Sequence record: SRR20825019_1298
Direction: 5' to 3' (one strand)
Length of the DNA stretch: 44,553 nt
Position 1 is the first letter of the stretch, and every line of letters begins with the position of its first letter. Under the pieces are notes generated by a model. The model saw only the letters and a list, made by a program, of their open reading frames with translations, was not told the DNA's origin and did no database searches. Shown here piece after piece: positions 20,061 through 30,518 of the stretch. Made by a program: the position numbers and the translations under genes.

Positions 20061-22265
20061 ATGAACAACGGTAACGAGATTAAAATCACCCCTGAACTCG
20101 TGAAGGAACATGGCCTGAACGAGGAAGAATATGCGCGCATCAAAAGCGCCATGGGGCGTGAGCCAAACTATACCGAGCTTGGCATCTATAGCGTGATGTG
20201 GTCTGAGCACTGCTCCTACAAATCTTCGCGCTTCCACCTCAAGAAACTGCCAACCAAGGCCCCTTGGGTTATCCAGGGTCCGGGCGAAAATGCCGGTGTG
20301 ATTGATATTGGCGACGGTCAGGCTGCCATCTTCAAGATGGAAAGCCACAATCACCCGTCTTACATTGAGCCATACCAGGGCGCAGCCACAGGCGTAGGCG
20401 GCATTTTGCGTGACGTATTCACTATGGGCGCGCGTCCAGTCGCAAACATGAACGCGCTGCGTTTTGGTGAGCCAAGTCATCCGAAGACACGCCACCTTGT
20501 GGCTGGTGTGGTTGAAGGCATTGGCGGCTACGGCAACTGCGTGGGTGTGCCCACCGTGGGCGGCGAGACCAATTTCGACCCATCCTACAACGGCAATATC
20601 CTTGTAAACGCCATGACGGTTGGCCTCGCAGACGCAGATAAAATCTTCTACTGCGCGGCGGCCGGTGTTGGTAACCCAGTGGTTTACGTGGGCTCAAAAA
20701 CGGGCCGCGACGGCATCCACGGTGCCACCATGGCATCAGCCGAGTTTACGGAAGACAGTGAAGAAAAGCGCCCCACGGTTCAGGTTGGTGACCCTTTCAC
20801 TGAAAAACTGCTTATTGAAGCCTGCCTTGAGCTGATGGCAACAGACGCCATTATCGCCATTCAGGACATGGGGGCGGCAGGGCTGACGTCCTCAAGCGTT
20901 GAGATGGCGTCCAAAGGCGGTGTTGGTTTTGAGCTTGATCTCGATAACGTGCCGCAGCGCGAAGCCAATATGCTGCCTTATGAGATGATGCTCTCAGAGT
21001 CTCAGGAGCGCATGCTCATGGTCCTTAAGCCGGGCCGCGAAGACATGGCAAAAAAAATCTTCGAGAAGTGGGAGCTTGATTTCGCTGTCATCGGCCATAT
21101 CACAGATACAGGTAACCTGACGCTGAAGTTCAAAGGCGAAGTGGTGGGCGATATGCCGATCAACAGCCTTGTTGAAGACGCGCCAGAGTATGAGCGCCCT
21201 TATGAGTACACGCCAAAGCGTGAGGCTGCTTCTGTCGCCGCACCGGCTGATCTTGGCAAAGCGGTGCTGGACCTTGTTGGCGGGCCAAACCTGTGCTCCC
21301 GCCGCTGGATATGGGAACAGTATGATCACATGGTGATGGGTGATACCATCCAGCGCCCCGGTGGTGATGCGGCTGTTGTGCGCGTGCACGGCACCCAAAA
21401 GGCCCTTGCGATCTCAACCGATGTAACGCCGCGCTATTGTTATGCTGACCCGGTTGAGGGTGGCCGTCAGGCCGTGGCGGAGACATGGCGCAACATCACA
21501 GCTGTTGGCGCGTTGCCGCTTGCTATCACCAATTGCCTGAACTTCGGCAACCCGGAGCGCAAGGACATCATGGGCCAGTTTGTTGGCTGCCTTGAGGGCA
21601 TGGGCGAAGCCTGTCTGGCGCTTGATTACCCGATCGTATCCGGCAACGTCTCGCTCTACAATGAGACCAACGGCTCGGGCATCCTGCCAACACCAGCCAT
21701 TGGCGGTGTGGGTGTGATGCAGGACGCTGAGCGCATGGCAACTGTTGCTTTCAAGGGTGAGGGCCAAACCATTGTCCTGATCGGTGAAACCAAAGACGAG
21801 CTGGGCGCAAGCCTTTATCAGCGCCAAATCCTTGGTGAAGACAAAGGCGCGCCGCCGCATGTTGACCTCGGCGTTGAGCGCCGCAACGGTGACTTTGTGC
21901 GCGCCCTCATTGAGAACGGGCAGGTTTCCACCTGTCACGACCTCTCGGATGGCGGCCTGATCGCCGCACTGGCGGATATGGCAATCTCTGGCCGTGTGGG
22001 CGCGACTGTAACGGTGGGGGATGATCTGCCACTGCACGTTGCCCTCTTCTCGGAAACTCAGGCCCGTTACCTTGTGGCCACGGACGCTGATACGGCTGAG
22101 GAAATCCGCAAGGAAGCTATGGATGCAGGCATTCCGGTGACGGTGCTGGGCACCACAGGCGGCGATAGCCTGGATGTGAATGATGGTGCCGTAAAGCTTG
22201 AGCTGAAAGCGCTGACCGACGCGTTTGAGGGCTGGTTCCCAACCTTCATGGCCAAAGCCAGCTAA
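20061..22265 (+). CDS. purL: FGAM synthase subunit PurL
   Basis: [44 protein letters not shown]. Confidence 0.98.
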   Translation: MNNGNEIKITPELVKEHGLNEEEYARIKSAMGREPNYTELGIYSVMWSEHCSYKSSRFHLKKLPTKAPWVIQGPGENAGVIDIGDGQAAIFKMESHNHPSYIEPYQGAATGVGGILRDVFTMGARPVANMNALRFGEPSHPKTRHLVAGVVEGIGGYGNCVGVPTVGGETNFDPSYNGNILVNAMTVGLADADKIFYCAAAGVGNPVVYVGSKTGRDGIHGATMASAEFTEDSEEKRPTVQVGDPFTEKLLIEACLELMATDAIIAIQDMGAAGLTSSSVEMASKGGVGFELDLDNVPQREANMLPYEMMLSESQERMLMVLKPGREDMAKKIFEKWELDFAVIGHITDTGNLTLKFKGEVVGDMPINSLVEDAPEYERPYEYTPKREAASVAAPADLGKAVLDLVGGPNLCSRRWIWEQYDHMVMGDTIQRPGGDAAVVRVHGTQKALAISTDVTPRYCYADPVEGGRQAVAETWRNITAVGALPLAITNCLNFGNPERKDIMGQFVGCLEGMGEACLALDYPIVSGNVSLYNETNGSGILPTPAIGGVGVMQDAERMATVAFKGEGQTIVLIGETKDELGASLYQRQILGEDKGAPPHVDLGVERRNGDFVRALIENGQVSTCHDLSDGGLIAALADMAISGRVGATVTVGDDLPLHVALFSETQARYLVATDADTAEEIRKEAMDAGIPVTVLGTTGGDSLDVNDGAVKLELKALTDAFEGWFPTFMAKAS

Positions 22266-22290
22266 TCAGCTCAGTAAAAGCTAGAAACAC

Positions 22291-22317
22291 AAAAGGCGCC
22301 TCACCCGGCGCCTTTTT
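22291..22317. terminator. Bidirectional terminator after purL
   Basis: AAAAGGCGCC-tcaccc-GGCGCCTTTTT. Confidence 0.85.
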
Positions 22318-23032
22318 AGTATCTAAATTGTTGTATATATATACGTTGGGTTATATTGGTTGGATGCCACATTGTCCGGTCATAAAAGGGGCTGAGTTTT
22401 GGGTGACTGAGGTAGATTACCCTGACAGCTACTCTACCAACTCGGTAATCATACATGAGCCTTGCGATAGCCTTGTCGACTTTGTCGTACGTCTCCTCTA
22501 TTTCGCTAAGTCCAATAGAATTATGATACTGCATTCGGTAACCAAACCTCAAATATAGGCTTGGATGGGCCTTAAAATCCCTAATACACTGTCGAGCCAA
22601 TTTAATGTCCAGACCATCGTATTTGTCCTCATCAATTAACCTAATCACCAAATGCTTGAGGAAGAAGAGTTGAACCGCGACTCTCTGTCTTTTAAGAATA
22701 CTGCCAAAAGCTGATTTTACCGATATGAAGCTAGGTAATGGCTGCTGAGCAACTACAGTGGACAACATTTCCTGAAGTTTTTCCCAAGCTCTATCAAAAG
22801 GTTGAGTAGTAGCTCCATTGCAACGAGAACACAGAGACTTCTTACGGCTTTTTAAACGATCAGAGTTCCCACTTTTAATTGGGACATTTTTCTGGGCCTT
22901 TGTGTGATAGTACATCGGTGCTAATTGAGTTGCTTGAAACCGCAAACTTTTCAAGTCAGAGGCCTTTGTGAGGTGTTCGCGCGAAGTTCCTTCGACACCA
23001 CAAATCCAACACTTTTCCAATGAGATTGGCAT
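22316..23032 (-). CDS. AT-rich HNH-like (Zn-binding) protein
   Basis: CWICG ... SREH ... LCSRCNG pattern of HNH_5-like domains; visibly AT-richer than its neighbours. Confidence 0.6.
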   Translation of the reverse strand: MPISLEKCWICGVEGTSREHLTKASDLKSLRFQATQLAPMYYHTKAQKNVPIKSGNSDRLKSRKKSLCSRCNGATTQPFDRAWEKLQEMLSTVVAQQPLPSFISVKSAFGSILKRQRVAVQLFFLKHLVIRLIDEDKYDGLDIKLARQCIRDFKAHPSLYLRFGYRMQYHNSIGLSEIEETYDKVDKAIARLMYDYRVGRVAVRVIYLSHPKLSPFYDRTMWHPTNITQRIYIQQFRY

Positions 23033-23047
23033 TCCAAAGTCTAGACT

Positions 23048-23500
23048 TTAACGCTTCACGAACACCACCAGGCTGCCGAACAGCAGCAAAAGCATACCAA
23101 TGAGGAAGGCGAAGCCGCCCCACTCAAGGTCAAGTACATTGGTGAAAAGCTTTTCCGTTAACTGCTCTGCCGCTTCCTGTGCGGGGTTCGAGACCATATC
23201 CTTGATATCGCCAACAAGGCCGCCGTCATCGCCGCCACCCATATTCTTGAGCACGGGCCACAAAAGCACCAACCAGGCCGCTGCGGCTGAGGGCAGCGCG
23301 AGCTTCGCTTTGCCTGCCAGAAGCACGATGACCGCAACGGCCACAAGGGCTGTGATGATATAAGCGTCGGTTTCCGCGACATCCGCATAACTTACGGTGC
23401 CCATACCCGCAATATCGAGTGTTGGCGAATAAAGGCCCACAATGGCCAGAATAGAACCAATGGCGGTGATGAGGCCTGCACGGCTTAGTGTCATTTTCAT
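23048..23500 (-). CDS. Hypothetical membrane protein (about 4 TM)
   Basis: Hydrophobic helices; GGGGAGGG RBS upstream. Confidence 0.7.
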   Translation of the reverse strand: MKMTLSRAGLITAIGSILAIVGLYSPTLDIAGMGTVSYADVAETDAYIITALVAVAVIVLLAGKAKLALPSAAAAWLVLLWPVLKNMGGGDDGGLVGDIKDMVSNPAQEAAEQLTEKLFTNVLDLEWGGFAFLIGMLLLLFGSLVVFVKR

Positions 23501-23670
23501 GATAATCCCTCCCCTTCATGAACCTTGAGCTTAGGCGCATAAATTATTGCGGTCAAAACCATAATCTGCTTATGCGCTTCCCGCCTTAGCCACAAATATG
23601 ATACAACCATAGTGCAGTATCTGTCTTGAGTAGCGCCCTGTGAGGGCCAAAAACATTGGGAGACGATACA

Positions 23671-24117
23671 ATGAACACACTGATCAGAATAACAGCCGTA
23701 GCGGCAGCCTTTGCGCTTTCCGCCTGCGGTGATAATGAAGGCGACAAGAAAAAAGCCGACGACATGGCGGCAGAAGTACAAACGCCCAGCGAGAGCAGCA
23801 TGGACACAGCCACGGAAGCCATGACCGAGGTGGCGGAGGCTTTGAAACTGGACGCTTCTTCGCTTGATGCTTTCAAGGAAAGCCTCGCGAGCATGAAAGC
23901 ATCGCTGGATGAAGAGAAAACAGCACAGCTGTCCTCGGCGCTTGCAACTCTCGCGAAAAAAGCCAGTGGTGAAGGCGGTGAAAGCATGATGGACAATGCG
24001 ACCAACATGGCCAAAAACATGGGTGACGGTAAATCGATCGCCGATGTTCTCTATGAAAAGCTGGGCGACGACCTGCACGGCGCCACGTTTGAAGATGTGC
24101 TCGCCATGGCGAACTAG
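23671..24117 (+). CDS. Small helical lipoprotein (possibly DUF6694-like), copy 1
   Basis: Lipobox ALSAC; LDASSLDAFKESLASMKASL ... KLGDDLHGATFEDVL. Confidence 0.75.
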   Translation: MNTLIRITAVAAAFALSACGDNEGDKKKADDMAAEVQTPSESSMDTATEAMTEVAEALKLDASSLDAFKESLASMKASLDEEKTAQLSSALATLAKKASGEGGESMMDNATNMAKNMGDGKSIADVLYEKLGDDLHGATFEDVLAMAN

Positions 24118-24259
24118 AACTTGCATGCGATACGTTGAGGCGCCAGCGGCCCGAATGCTCCGCGCCTCAACGGTCTAACGGTATTGTGATTTATCAGCGC
24201 ACGACCGTCATGCCACATTTTCCCCGCTTTACAAGAAATCACAACAGCGGGATCTAATC

Positions 24260-24661
24260 ATGAAATCACTTCTTATCGCACTTTCATCCGCGCTTCTCGG
24301 CGCTATGATGGCCGCATCCTTCACAGCCGGGGCAACACCAAACGCCTCGCCTTCCGGTTGGCACCTCGCTTTTGAGCATGACAAGGATGGCAACGCCCTC
24401 AATGGCTCCAAAACCGCGCTGATCACAGCCATAAGTGAAGGAAAACCTGTGCGCATTTACTGGGCGGGCACAAGGGTGCAACATGTTATCGACGCAGGCT
24501 TCCTTACCGTACTGCAGGGCGAGGTATTCGCTCAAATCCCAAGCGTTTCAGGGCAGAGACCATCGGTCGACCCCGCACGGGTAGAGCTTCTTGATACACC
24601 CTGGCAGGCCATTTTTGCGACCAACGGCGATCGGGGCCTCAAGTGGTTTGTGCAACATTGA
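24260..24661 (+). CDS. Secreted hypothetical protein
   Basis: Signal peptide followed by a Trp-containing beta-rich-looking domain (WHLAFEHDKDGN ... VRIYW). Confidence 0.7.
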   Translation: MKSLLIALSSALLGAMMAASFTAGATPNASPSGWHLAFEHDKDGNALNGSKTALITAISEGKPVRIYWAGTRVQHVIDAGFLTVLQGEVFAQIPSVSGQRPSVDPARVELLDTPWQAIFATNGDRGLKWFVQH

Positions 24662-24808
24662 GCTAGTGAGCGCACTATCGCTCTAACCGTTTTTATGAAG
24701 CTCTTATGCGCCCCTATGCCAATCCGTATTTCCTTCTGATCTGCTCGAAGGCCTAATAGTGCCTATCAGATACACGACGTTCGGCATTGCCGATCAAGGG
24801 AGAGCAAA

Positions 24809-25201
24809 ATGAACACTTGGATCAAAGTCACCACAATTGGCGCGTGTTTGGCGCTTGGCGCATGTGAGGGCGACATGAGCAGCACAACAGAAAACACGGA
24901 GGCTAACGGCGCAGCTACGACCGATATGGCTGAAAACGCACCCACTGTAACGCTTGAAACCAAGAGCTTTGAAGAGTTTAAGACAAGCCTCGCTTTCATG
25001 AAGGCGTCTCTTGCGGAAGAAGACCGTATGAAGCTTACAAAAGCGCTGACCAAACTGTCGGGCGAGCAAACCGCCGCGATGGCTGGTGCAGACGGAAGAG
25101 CGCTGACTGTCGACAAGACGCTGGCGGAATCTGTTTACAACAAGCTCGGCGATAAACTGGATGGCAAAACCTATGAAGACGTTCTGGTAATGGCCGGGTA
25201 A
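24809..25201 (+). CDS. Small helical lipoprotein, copy 2
   Basis: Lipobox ALGAC; FEEFKTSLAFMKASL ... KLGDKLDGKTYEDVL, homologous to 23671..24117. Confidence 0.75.
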   Translation: MNTWIKVTTIGACLALGACEGDMSSTTENTEANGAATTDMAENAPTVTLETKSFEEFKTSLAFMKASLAEEDRMKLTKALTKLSGEQTAAMAGADGRALTVDKTLAESVYNKLGDKLDGKTYEDVLVMAG

Positions 25202-25238
25202 TAACGCGGTAGCCTATTAACCGAAGAAGCATCCTGAG

Positions 25239-25266
25239 AAGGCGCCCATCCCCCGGGCGCCTTTTT
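25239..25266. terminator. Intrinsic terminator
   Basis: AAGGCGCCC ... GGGCGCCTTTTT between convergent genes. Confidence 0.8.
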
Positions 25267-25274
25267 GTCTACTC

Positions 25275-25694
25275 CTAGCCGAACTCTGTATTTGTGCCGC
25301 GCACCTCTTCACAGCGGATCAGGCGACTATCTAGCACCGCAGCCTGCCGGTGTTTTACCGCCTTGCGGTATTCCGGGTCTGTCACCATTTCCATGAAAGC
25401 GCCTGCGTTTGGGTAGCGTGCGATAAAAGCCAGATCCCATGCTTCATCAGAAGGGCCTATCAGCACCAGCTTTGGCTCGCCGCGCCAGATGATCGTACCA
25501 CCAACACGCTTGAAGATGGGGCCACTTGTCTTGCCGTACGTAGCATAGGCCTCAGCTCCTGAGGCCTTGGTGCCATCCTCGTACTGGGCTTCGGCGCGCA
25601 GTTTGACGAGGTTGATCATGTTGATCGGTGTATCCCGTGGCAGGATTTTAAATGCCTCAAATTGTTCGCGTTCGGGGTCGATACTGCCTGCCAT
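25275..25694 (-). CDS. DUF1330 domain protein
   Basis: PINMINLVKLR ... SGAEAYATYG ... WDLAFIARYP ... HRQAAVLDSRLI. Confidence 0.85.
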   Translation of the reverse strand: MAGSIDPEREQFEAFKILPRDTPINMINLVKLRAEAQYEDGTKASGAEAYATYGKTSGPIFKRVGGTIIWRGEPKLVLIGPSDEAWDLAFIARYPNAGAFMEMVTDPEYRKAVKHRQAAVLDSRLIRCEEVRGTNTEFG

Positions 25695-25771
25695 GAAATC
25701 ATCTCCTGATTATTGTTTCACGGTGTGATCTAGGGCTGTTGCTATCGGCGGCAATAAAATACCCTGTGCCG

Positions 25772-27706
25772 CTATTCCTGCAGCGGTTTGAGTTCAGTTG
25801 GCTGGGCCATTTTATAGAGGTTCCGTTCCCAGTTATGGATCAGCTCAAGCTTGGCCTCTTCGCTCGCGCCCGACTGAGAGATGAAGGCCTTTTGCCTGAC
25901 GGTGTATACATCCAACCCTTCACGCTCCGTACAGGCCTGCCCCAATTGCGCTGGTCCATAAAAGAAACCCGTGTACATCAACACACATTTCCCGCGTTTT
26001 TCAAAGGCCTGCTCCGGGTTTTCAACAAAGCTGAATAACCAGCCCGATACATCTGACAAACCAACGGGGGCGACAAAATTCATCCCCATAGCAGACATAA
26101 CAACAGGAATGCGCAACTGTTGATCGTTAATGCTTTGCCCATGGCCAAGGCTGCCGTCATGGAACAGGGATTCACCGTGGTCCCCTAGGAATATAACCAG
26201 TGTTTCATCCCACACGCCAGCTTGCTTCAAGCCCGCAATAAGCTTGCCCACATTCTGGTCCATATAAGACATTGAGTTCCAGTAGGTATCGCGAAGCCAC
26301 CGGGTGTTATCAGGCCCGATCTCGCCTCTCGGGATTGCTTCATCAACAAACCTTGGCCGCATAAGCTTGTGGCTGTATGGGAAATGGCCTGCCTGCAAAT
26401 TCACATAGAAAAGCTGTCGCGTCGACCAATCCAGCCCCTGAAGTCGCCGGTCAAACGCTTCAACCAGGGTTTCGCCCGCCAGCTTGATGCTTGATGGTAG
26501 CTTGGAGGGGAAAACCCGCTTTTCCGGATCTTCCTGCGGGTCATAGAAGAAATCTGCATTTTTTCGGGTATTCAGCTCAGTATCAAGGCCGCCCCACGTC
26601 TCGTCCTGCCCTGATATCACTGATATCTGCATGCCGGCCGCCTTGGCCTTATCAAACAGGCTTGGAGTCCCTTCCTGATAAGTGAAGCGACCTGAAAACA
26701 GCGTCAACAAGCTGTTATATGTGAAACCCGAGTGGCTATAGGCCCGCTGCAGGCTTGAGCCCTCAGCCGCCAGATTGGTCAGGTTAGGCGCCACCAATTT
26801 ACCGTCCAGCGTTTTCCCGATCACATCCGCGCGCGTGCTTTCGCCGACGATAACAACAAGATGTTTGTAGGGCACAGGCAACGCACGACTATCAACTAGC
26901 GTGTTATCCAGCGTGCCACTGGGCAAATCGCCGCCAAGACCATTCTCATCTACACCGTTGGCCGGGATATCCACAGCGCCCCAATGAATGGCGCTATTGA
27001 AAGGCGCTGGGTCTTCTGGTGTGGTGAAAAATGAGCTGCCGTCGCCATCTACATCAACAATGATGTGTGCAACGGTCCGCACTGCACCATAGGAAAGAGA
27101 CCGAGACAGGTTGAGCTTCAACGGCCAGTTACTTGACGCTTCCAGCCCCACAAATGCCACAAGGAAAGCAACGAAGCCAACAAGTGGCCATTTTGACGAT
27201 CTTCGTGGCTTCCTGAAGCTCACTTCCACCCGGCGATAGAGCCACACAAAAAGGGCGAGCACCAACAACACGGGCAAAAGCAGCAAGACAAGCTCATCGC
27301 TGGCATAAGCAACTGCTGTCTGCAAGCTATCGCCAGCTATAGCGCGTACGACCGTCGCATCAACATGGTCTGCCAGGTATTTGTGAAGCTGGAATGTCAG
27401 CAGCAGCGAAAGCCCGTAACAAGCAACAAACAAAGTGCCTGAAGTGAAGTCAGCGCGCAGCGGGGATTGCCCTATACGCAACGCCACAGCCCGGTACAGT
27501 TTGGCCCAGCCCCAAAAGAGTGCAATAAAGCTTGTGAGAAAATACAGGGCAAAGACCACGCGGCTGGATAGGCTTACAAGCGGCGCGGACTGCAGGAACC
27601 CTCCTCCGCTCATTATCTGAAACTTGATTTCAAGAAGACCAAGCTCAAGCAAGGCAAGCGTGGCCGCAGCAGCAGCCATTAATCTCCGGTGGTTCAGCTT
27701 TATCAT
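25772..27706 (-). CDS. Membrane-anchored sulfatase-like / LTA-synthase-family transferase
   Basis: About five N-terminal TM helices; alkaline-phosphatase-superfamily motifs VGESTRAD, SGFTYNS, HFPY, GDHGE, HG. Confidence 0.75.
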   Translation of the reverse strand: MIKLNHRRLMAAAAATLALLELGLLEIKFQIMSGGGFLQSAPLVSLSSRVVFALYFLTSFIALFWGWAKLYRAVALRIGQSPLRADFTSGTLFVACYGLSLLLTFQLHKYLADHVDATVVRAIAGDSLQTAVAYASDELVLLLLPVLLVLALFVWLYRRVEVSFRKPRRSSKWPLVGFVAFLVAFVGLEASSNWPLKLNLSRSLSYGAVRTVAHIIVDVDGDGSSFFTTPEDPAPFNSAIHWGAVDIPANGVDENGLGGDLPSGTLDNTLVDSRALPVPYKHLVVIVGESTRADVIGKTLDGKLVAPNLTNLAAEGSSLQRAYSHSGFTYNSLLTLFSGRFTYQEGTPSLFDKAKAAGMQISVISGQDETWGGLDTELNTRKNADFFYDPQEDPEKRVFPSKLPSSIKLAGETLVEAFDRRLQGLDWSTRQLFYVNLQAGHFPYSHKLMRPRFVDEAIPRGEIGPDNTRWLRDTYWNSMSYMDQNVGKLIAGLKQAGVWDETLVIFLGDHGESLFHDGSLGHGQSINDQQLRIPVVMSAMGMNFVAPVGLSDVSGWLFSFVENPEQAFEKRGKCVLMYTGFFYGPAQLGQACTEREGLDVYTVRQKAFISQSGASEEAKLELIHNWERNLYKMAQPTELKPLQE

Positions 27707-27742
27707 GGATGCCCCTACCCAATCCTTTATCCGCTCAGAACG

Positions 27743-28588
27743 CTATGTTTTCAGCCATTCTGATACGGTTTCAACCACCCCGTCCGGCTTGCGTGCCCAG
27801 TCAAAGTGCCCAAGATGTTCGCCTTGTTCCAACCGCCCCAGCTTCAACGCAGTTTGGTCTGCCCCTTTGAGCCGGGTCCGACTATATTCGGTTGCCTCGT
27901 CACTTGCGAAGAAATCTTTCTCAAAACTGATAGATAAAACACGCCCGCCAAACAAAGCGATCTCACCCTCAATATTTGTGTGTTTGCCATAGTCATATCG
28001 GCCGCCCAGCGCCCAGTCTCGCCAGTCGAGCATTAGTTGGCGATACTCCCGCCCGCCAAAGCCAATTTTTTGACCCGGGAAATATCCCAGCAAAAAACAT
28101 ACGGGTGGCAAAAGACGGCACAGAGTACGGATTTTTTTAGCGGGAGGCCCCGCATAAAGGCCATGGTAAGGGAAGCCGCAAGCAATTTGCACCACACCCT
28201 CGATGCCGTCAGGATGCCGTCCCGCGATAATCGAGCTAAAATGCCCACCAAGACTGTGCCCGCCAAGATAGAGCGGAGTATTCTCTGCCAGCTGTTTGGC
28301 AAAGGCTAGTGCCGCCGGGATATCTTCTTCCAGAAAAGCATCAAACCCGAATTTAGCGCCCCGTTTTGCGCGGTATGGGCTTTCCCCGTGGCCGCGCTGT
28401 TCAAAAACTATGGTCTGTATACCTTGCGCGGCCAAACCAGCCGCCAAGCGCCGGTAAAAACGGGCTGCGATACCAAGTGCGGGTAACATCAGAAGCGTTG
28501 CCTGGTGCGCACCCTCAGCCTTAAACAATTGTACTGGTACTATTTTTTTTGTTTCAGTTTCCAGCTGATGCCACACGCCTTCGCTCAT
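27743..28588 (-). CDS. Alpha/beta-fold hydrolase
   Basis: PALGIAARFY, RGHGES, nucleophile GHSLGG, catalytic His in LGHFDW. Confidence 0.88.
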   Translation of the reverse strand: MSEGVWHQLETETKKIVPVQLFKAEGAHQATLLMLPALGIAARFYRRLAAGLAAQGIQTIVFEQRGHGESPYRAKRGAKFGFDAFLEEDIPAALAFAKQLAENTPLYLGGHSLGGHFSSIIAGRHPDGIEGVVQIACGFPYHGLYAGPPAKKIRTLCRLLPPVCFLLGYFPGQKIGFGGREYRQLMLDWRDWALGGRYDYGKHTNIEGEIALFGGRVLSISFEKDFFASDEATEYSRTRLKGADQTALKLGRLEQGEHLGHFDWARKPDGVVETVSEWLKT

Positions 28589-29832
28589 GGTGTCCCTTCA
28601 TCTGCATTATGTTCAACGCCATCTAGCAGGCCGTTCATATAGGCAATCAGCTCACTTGCTTTATCTTCCCATCCTTGGGTCAGCGCATGCGCCCGCGCGG
28701 CATCTGCCATCTCGCCGCACCGCACTTCATTGGTTAAAAACTCCGTCACAGCAAACGAAATGGCACCTATATCGGTGCCATCCACCAGAAGGCCGGTTTT
28801 ACCGTCCAGCACAGCATCAACTGCACCACCAGCCCTGCCCGCGATTGAAGGCGTGCCCGCCGCCGCCGCTTCCAGAAACACGAGGCCGAACCCTTCAGTG
28901 TCACCATCCGGCAACGTGCGGTTTGGCATGGCGAAAACATCTGCGCTTGCATAAAGCGACGGCAATTGGCCGTCCGACACATGCCCGAGAAGCTGTACAG
29001 ACTTCGATATGCCAAGCTCATCAATAATTGCCACAAGCTCGTCTTCCTGCGGACCTGAGCCCACGATTGCAAGCTGCGCTTCAGGCACGACGGTGAGAAC
29101 GTTCGGCCATGCTCGCAGCAATTGGTCAAAACCCTTACGCTCGACAAGGCGTCCAACAGAAAGCACCAGCGGCCCTGCGCTCAGGCCAAGCGGGACCCGC
29201 ACATTTTCAGTAGGGCGCGCACGAAACTTCTCAAGGTTCACACCATTGCCAAGGCATTTGATCTTATCCTTGGGCACCCCGTATTTTTTCTCAATTAACG
29301 CGGAGGTAAAACTCGACACCGCAATCACGCCATCAGCCTGGCTCAAATAGCGCTCCCGCGCCTTCTCCGCCCGCTCGTTATAGGCTGTCTGCGAAATTTC
29401 TTCGCCGTGGGTGTAAAGAATGACCTTTATCCCAAGCGCTTCCTGTAGGGCTTCAACAAGCCAGCCAAGCGCATCAAGTGCACCAATACAGACAATATTG
29501 TACCCGCCTTCCTTGTAGGATTTCACCACAGCGTCCAGCACTTCATGCCGTATTTTTCGCGCTGAAAAGTGGCTCGACAGCCGAGAGGCTATGTTCGGTT
29601 TGTCTCCCAACATATCCGGGCGTAGGCGTTCTATCCGAGTTATGGGGTATTTGGCGCTCTCGTCAAACGCCTGCCACGACGAGACTTCATTGCGTCTGAC
29701 AAAATCTCGCTTGCCAGTGAGTACACCAAAATTGCCCGGCGCCTTATCCGCGAGAGCGTCATAGACGGCTTGCGCACCACCAACCAAAGGCTTGTAATGT
29801 GTTGTGACAATTAGACATTTAGCGTCAGACAT
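28585..29832 (-). CDS. Glycosyltransferase family 4 (PimB-like)
   Basis: YKPLVGG, HGEE, VGRLVERKG, EGFGLVFLEA, GGAVDAVLDG. Confidence 0.92.
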   Translation of the reverse strand: MSDAKCLIVTTHYKPLVGGAQAVYDALADKAPGNFGVLTGKRDFVRRNEVSSWQAFDESAKYPITRIERLRPDMLGDKPNIASRLSSHFSARKIRHEVLDAVVKSYKEGGYNIVCIGALDALGWLVEALQEALGIKVILYTHGEEISQTAYNERAEKARERYLSQADGVIAVSSFTSALIEKKYGVPKDKIKCLGNGVNLEKFRARPTENVRVPLGLSAGPLVLSVGRLVERKGFDQLLRAWPNVLTVVPEAQLAIVGSGPQEDELVAIIDELGISKSVQLLGHVSDGQLPSLYASADVFAMPNRTLPDGDTEGFGLVFLEAAAAGTPSIAGRAGGAVDAVLDGKTGLLVDGTDIGAISFAVTEFLTNEVRCGEMADAARAHALTQGWEDKASELIAYMNGLLDGVEHNADEGTP

Positions 29833-30284
29833 AGAGAAACGTCCTTCCATATCCGACAGGAGAGCAATTGCCCCGTTAGCCGTCAACAATAAACTCTCTT
29901 AAACGAATTGAGCCGACGATAACATCGCCGGCTCAGATCGAGATAAAATTGGAAAAACGCTGGAAAATTTTCAGCGGCTCCCTTCAAAATTTCGGTCAGG
30001 CATCTGGCGAATAAAACCAGCATCCAAACCTCAACCGACCCCCGCAGCGCAAAGGCCGCTTAAAATGTACTCTATACACATACACAATGCAGCACCCTAG
30101 CGCTACACCGGAGCATATGCACCTAGAAAAACTTTAGGTTAATGCCGAGACAGAGATTGCCAGCTAATTGTGACGCCGGTATGAAGTAGGCAAAGCAAAA
30201 GGTGACTATCGCAATGCTGGCCTGCTATAATGCAGCCATGAAATTGAAGAACACGCTTAAAGACCTGTTTTGAGGGGAATAAAT

Positions 30285-30518
30285 ATGGCCATGGTGGCAG
30301 ATGAGATTGAGCGGCTGATCAAGGAAGACCTTCCTGGCGCAAATGTCAGGATCGAAGATTTGCGCGGTGACGGTGATCACTACGCGGCCCATGTTGTGTT
30401 TGAAGGCTTTCGGGGCCTGTCTCGCGTGCAACAGCACCAGCTTGTGTACAAAAGCCTCAAGGGCCGCATGGGCGGCGAGCTTCACGCGCTTGCGCTTCAG
30501 ACAAGTGTGCCGGAATAG
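30285..30518 (+). CDS. bolA: BolA/IbaG family protein
   Basis: DLRGDGDHY ... FRGLSRVQQHQLVY ... LHALALQT. Confidence 0.93.
   Translation: MAMVADEIERLIKEDLPGANVRIEDLRGDGDHYAAHVVFEGFRGLSRVQQHQLVYKSLKGRMGGELHALALQTSVPE

Noticed and set aside
30121-30145. Second CtrA box upstream of the GT4 gene
   Set aside because: Only a half-site (GGTTAA) is present.
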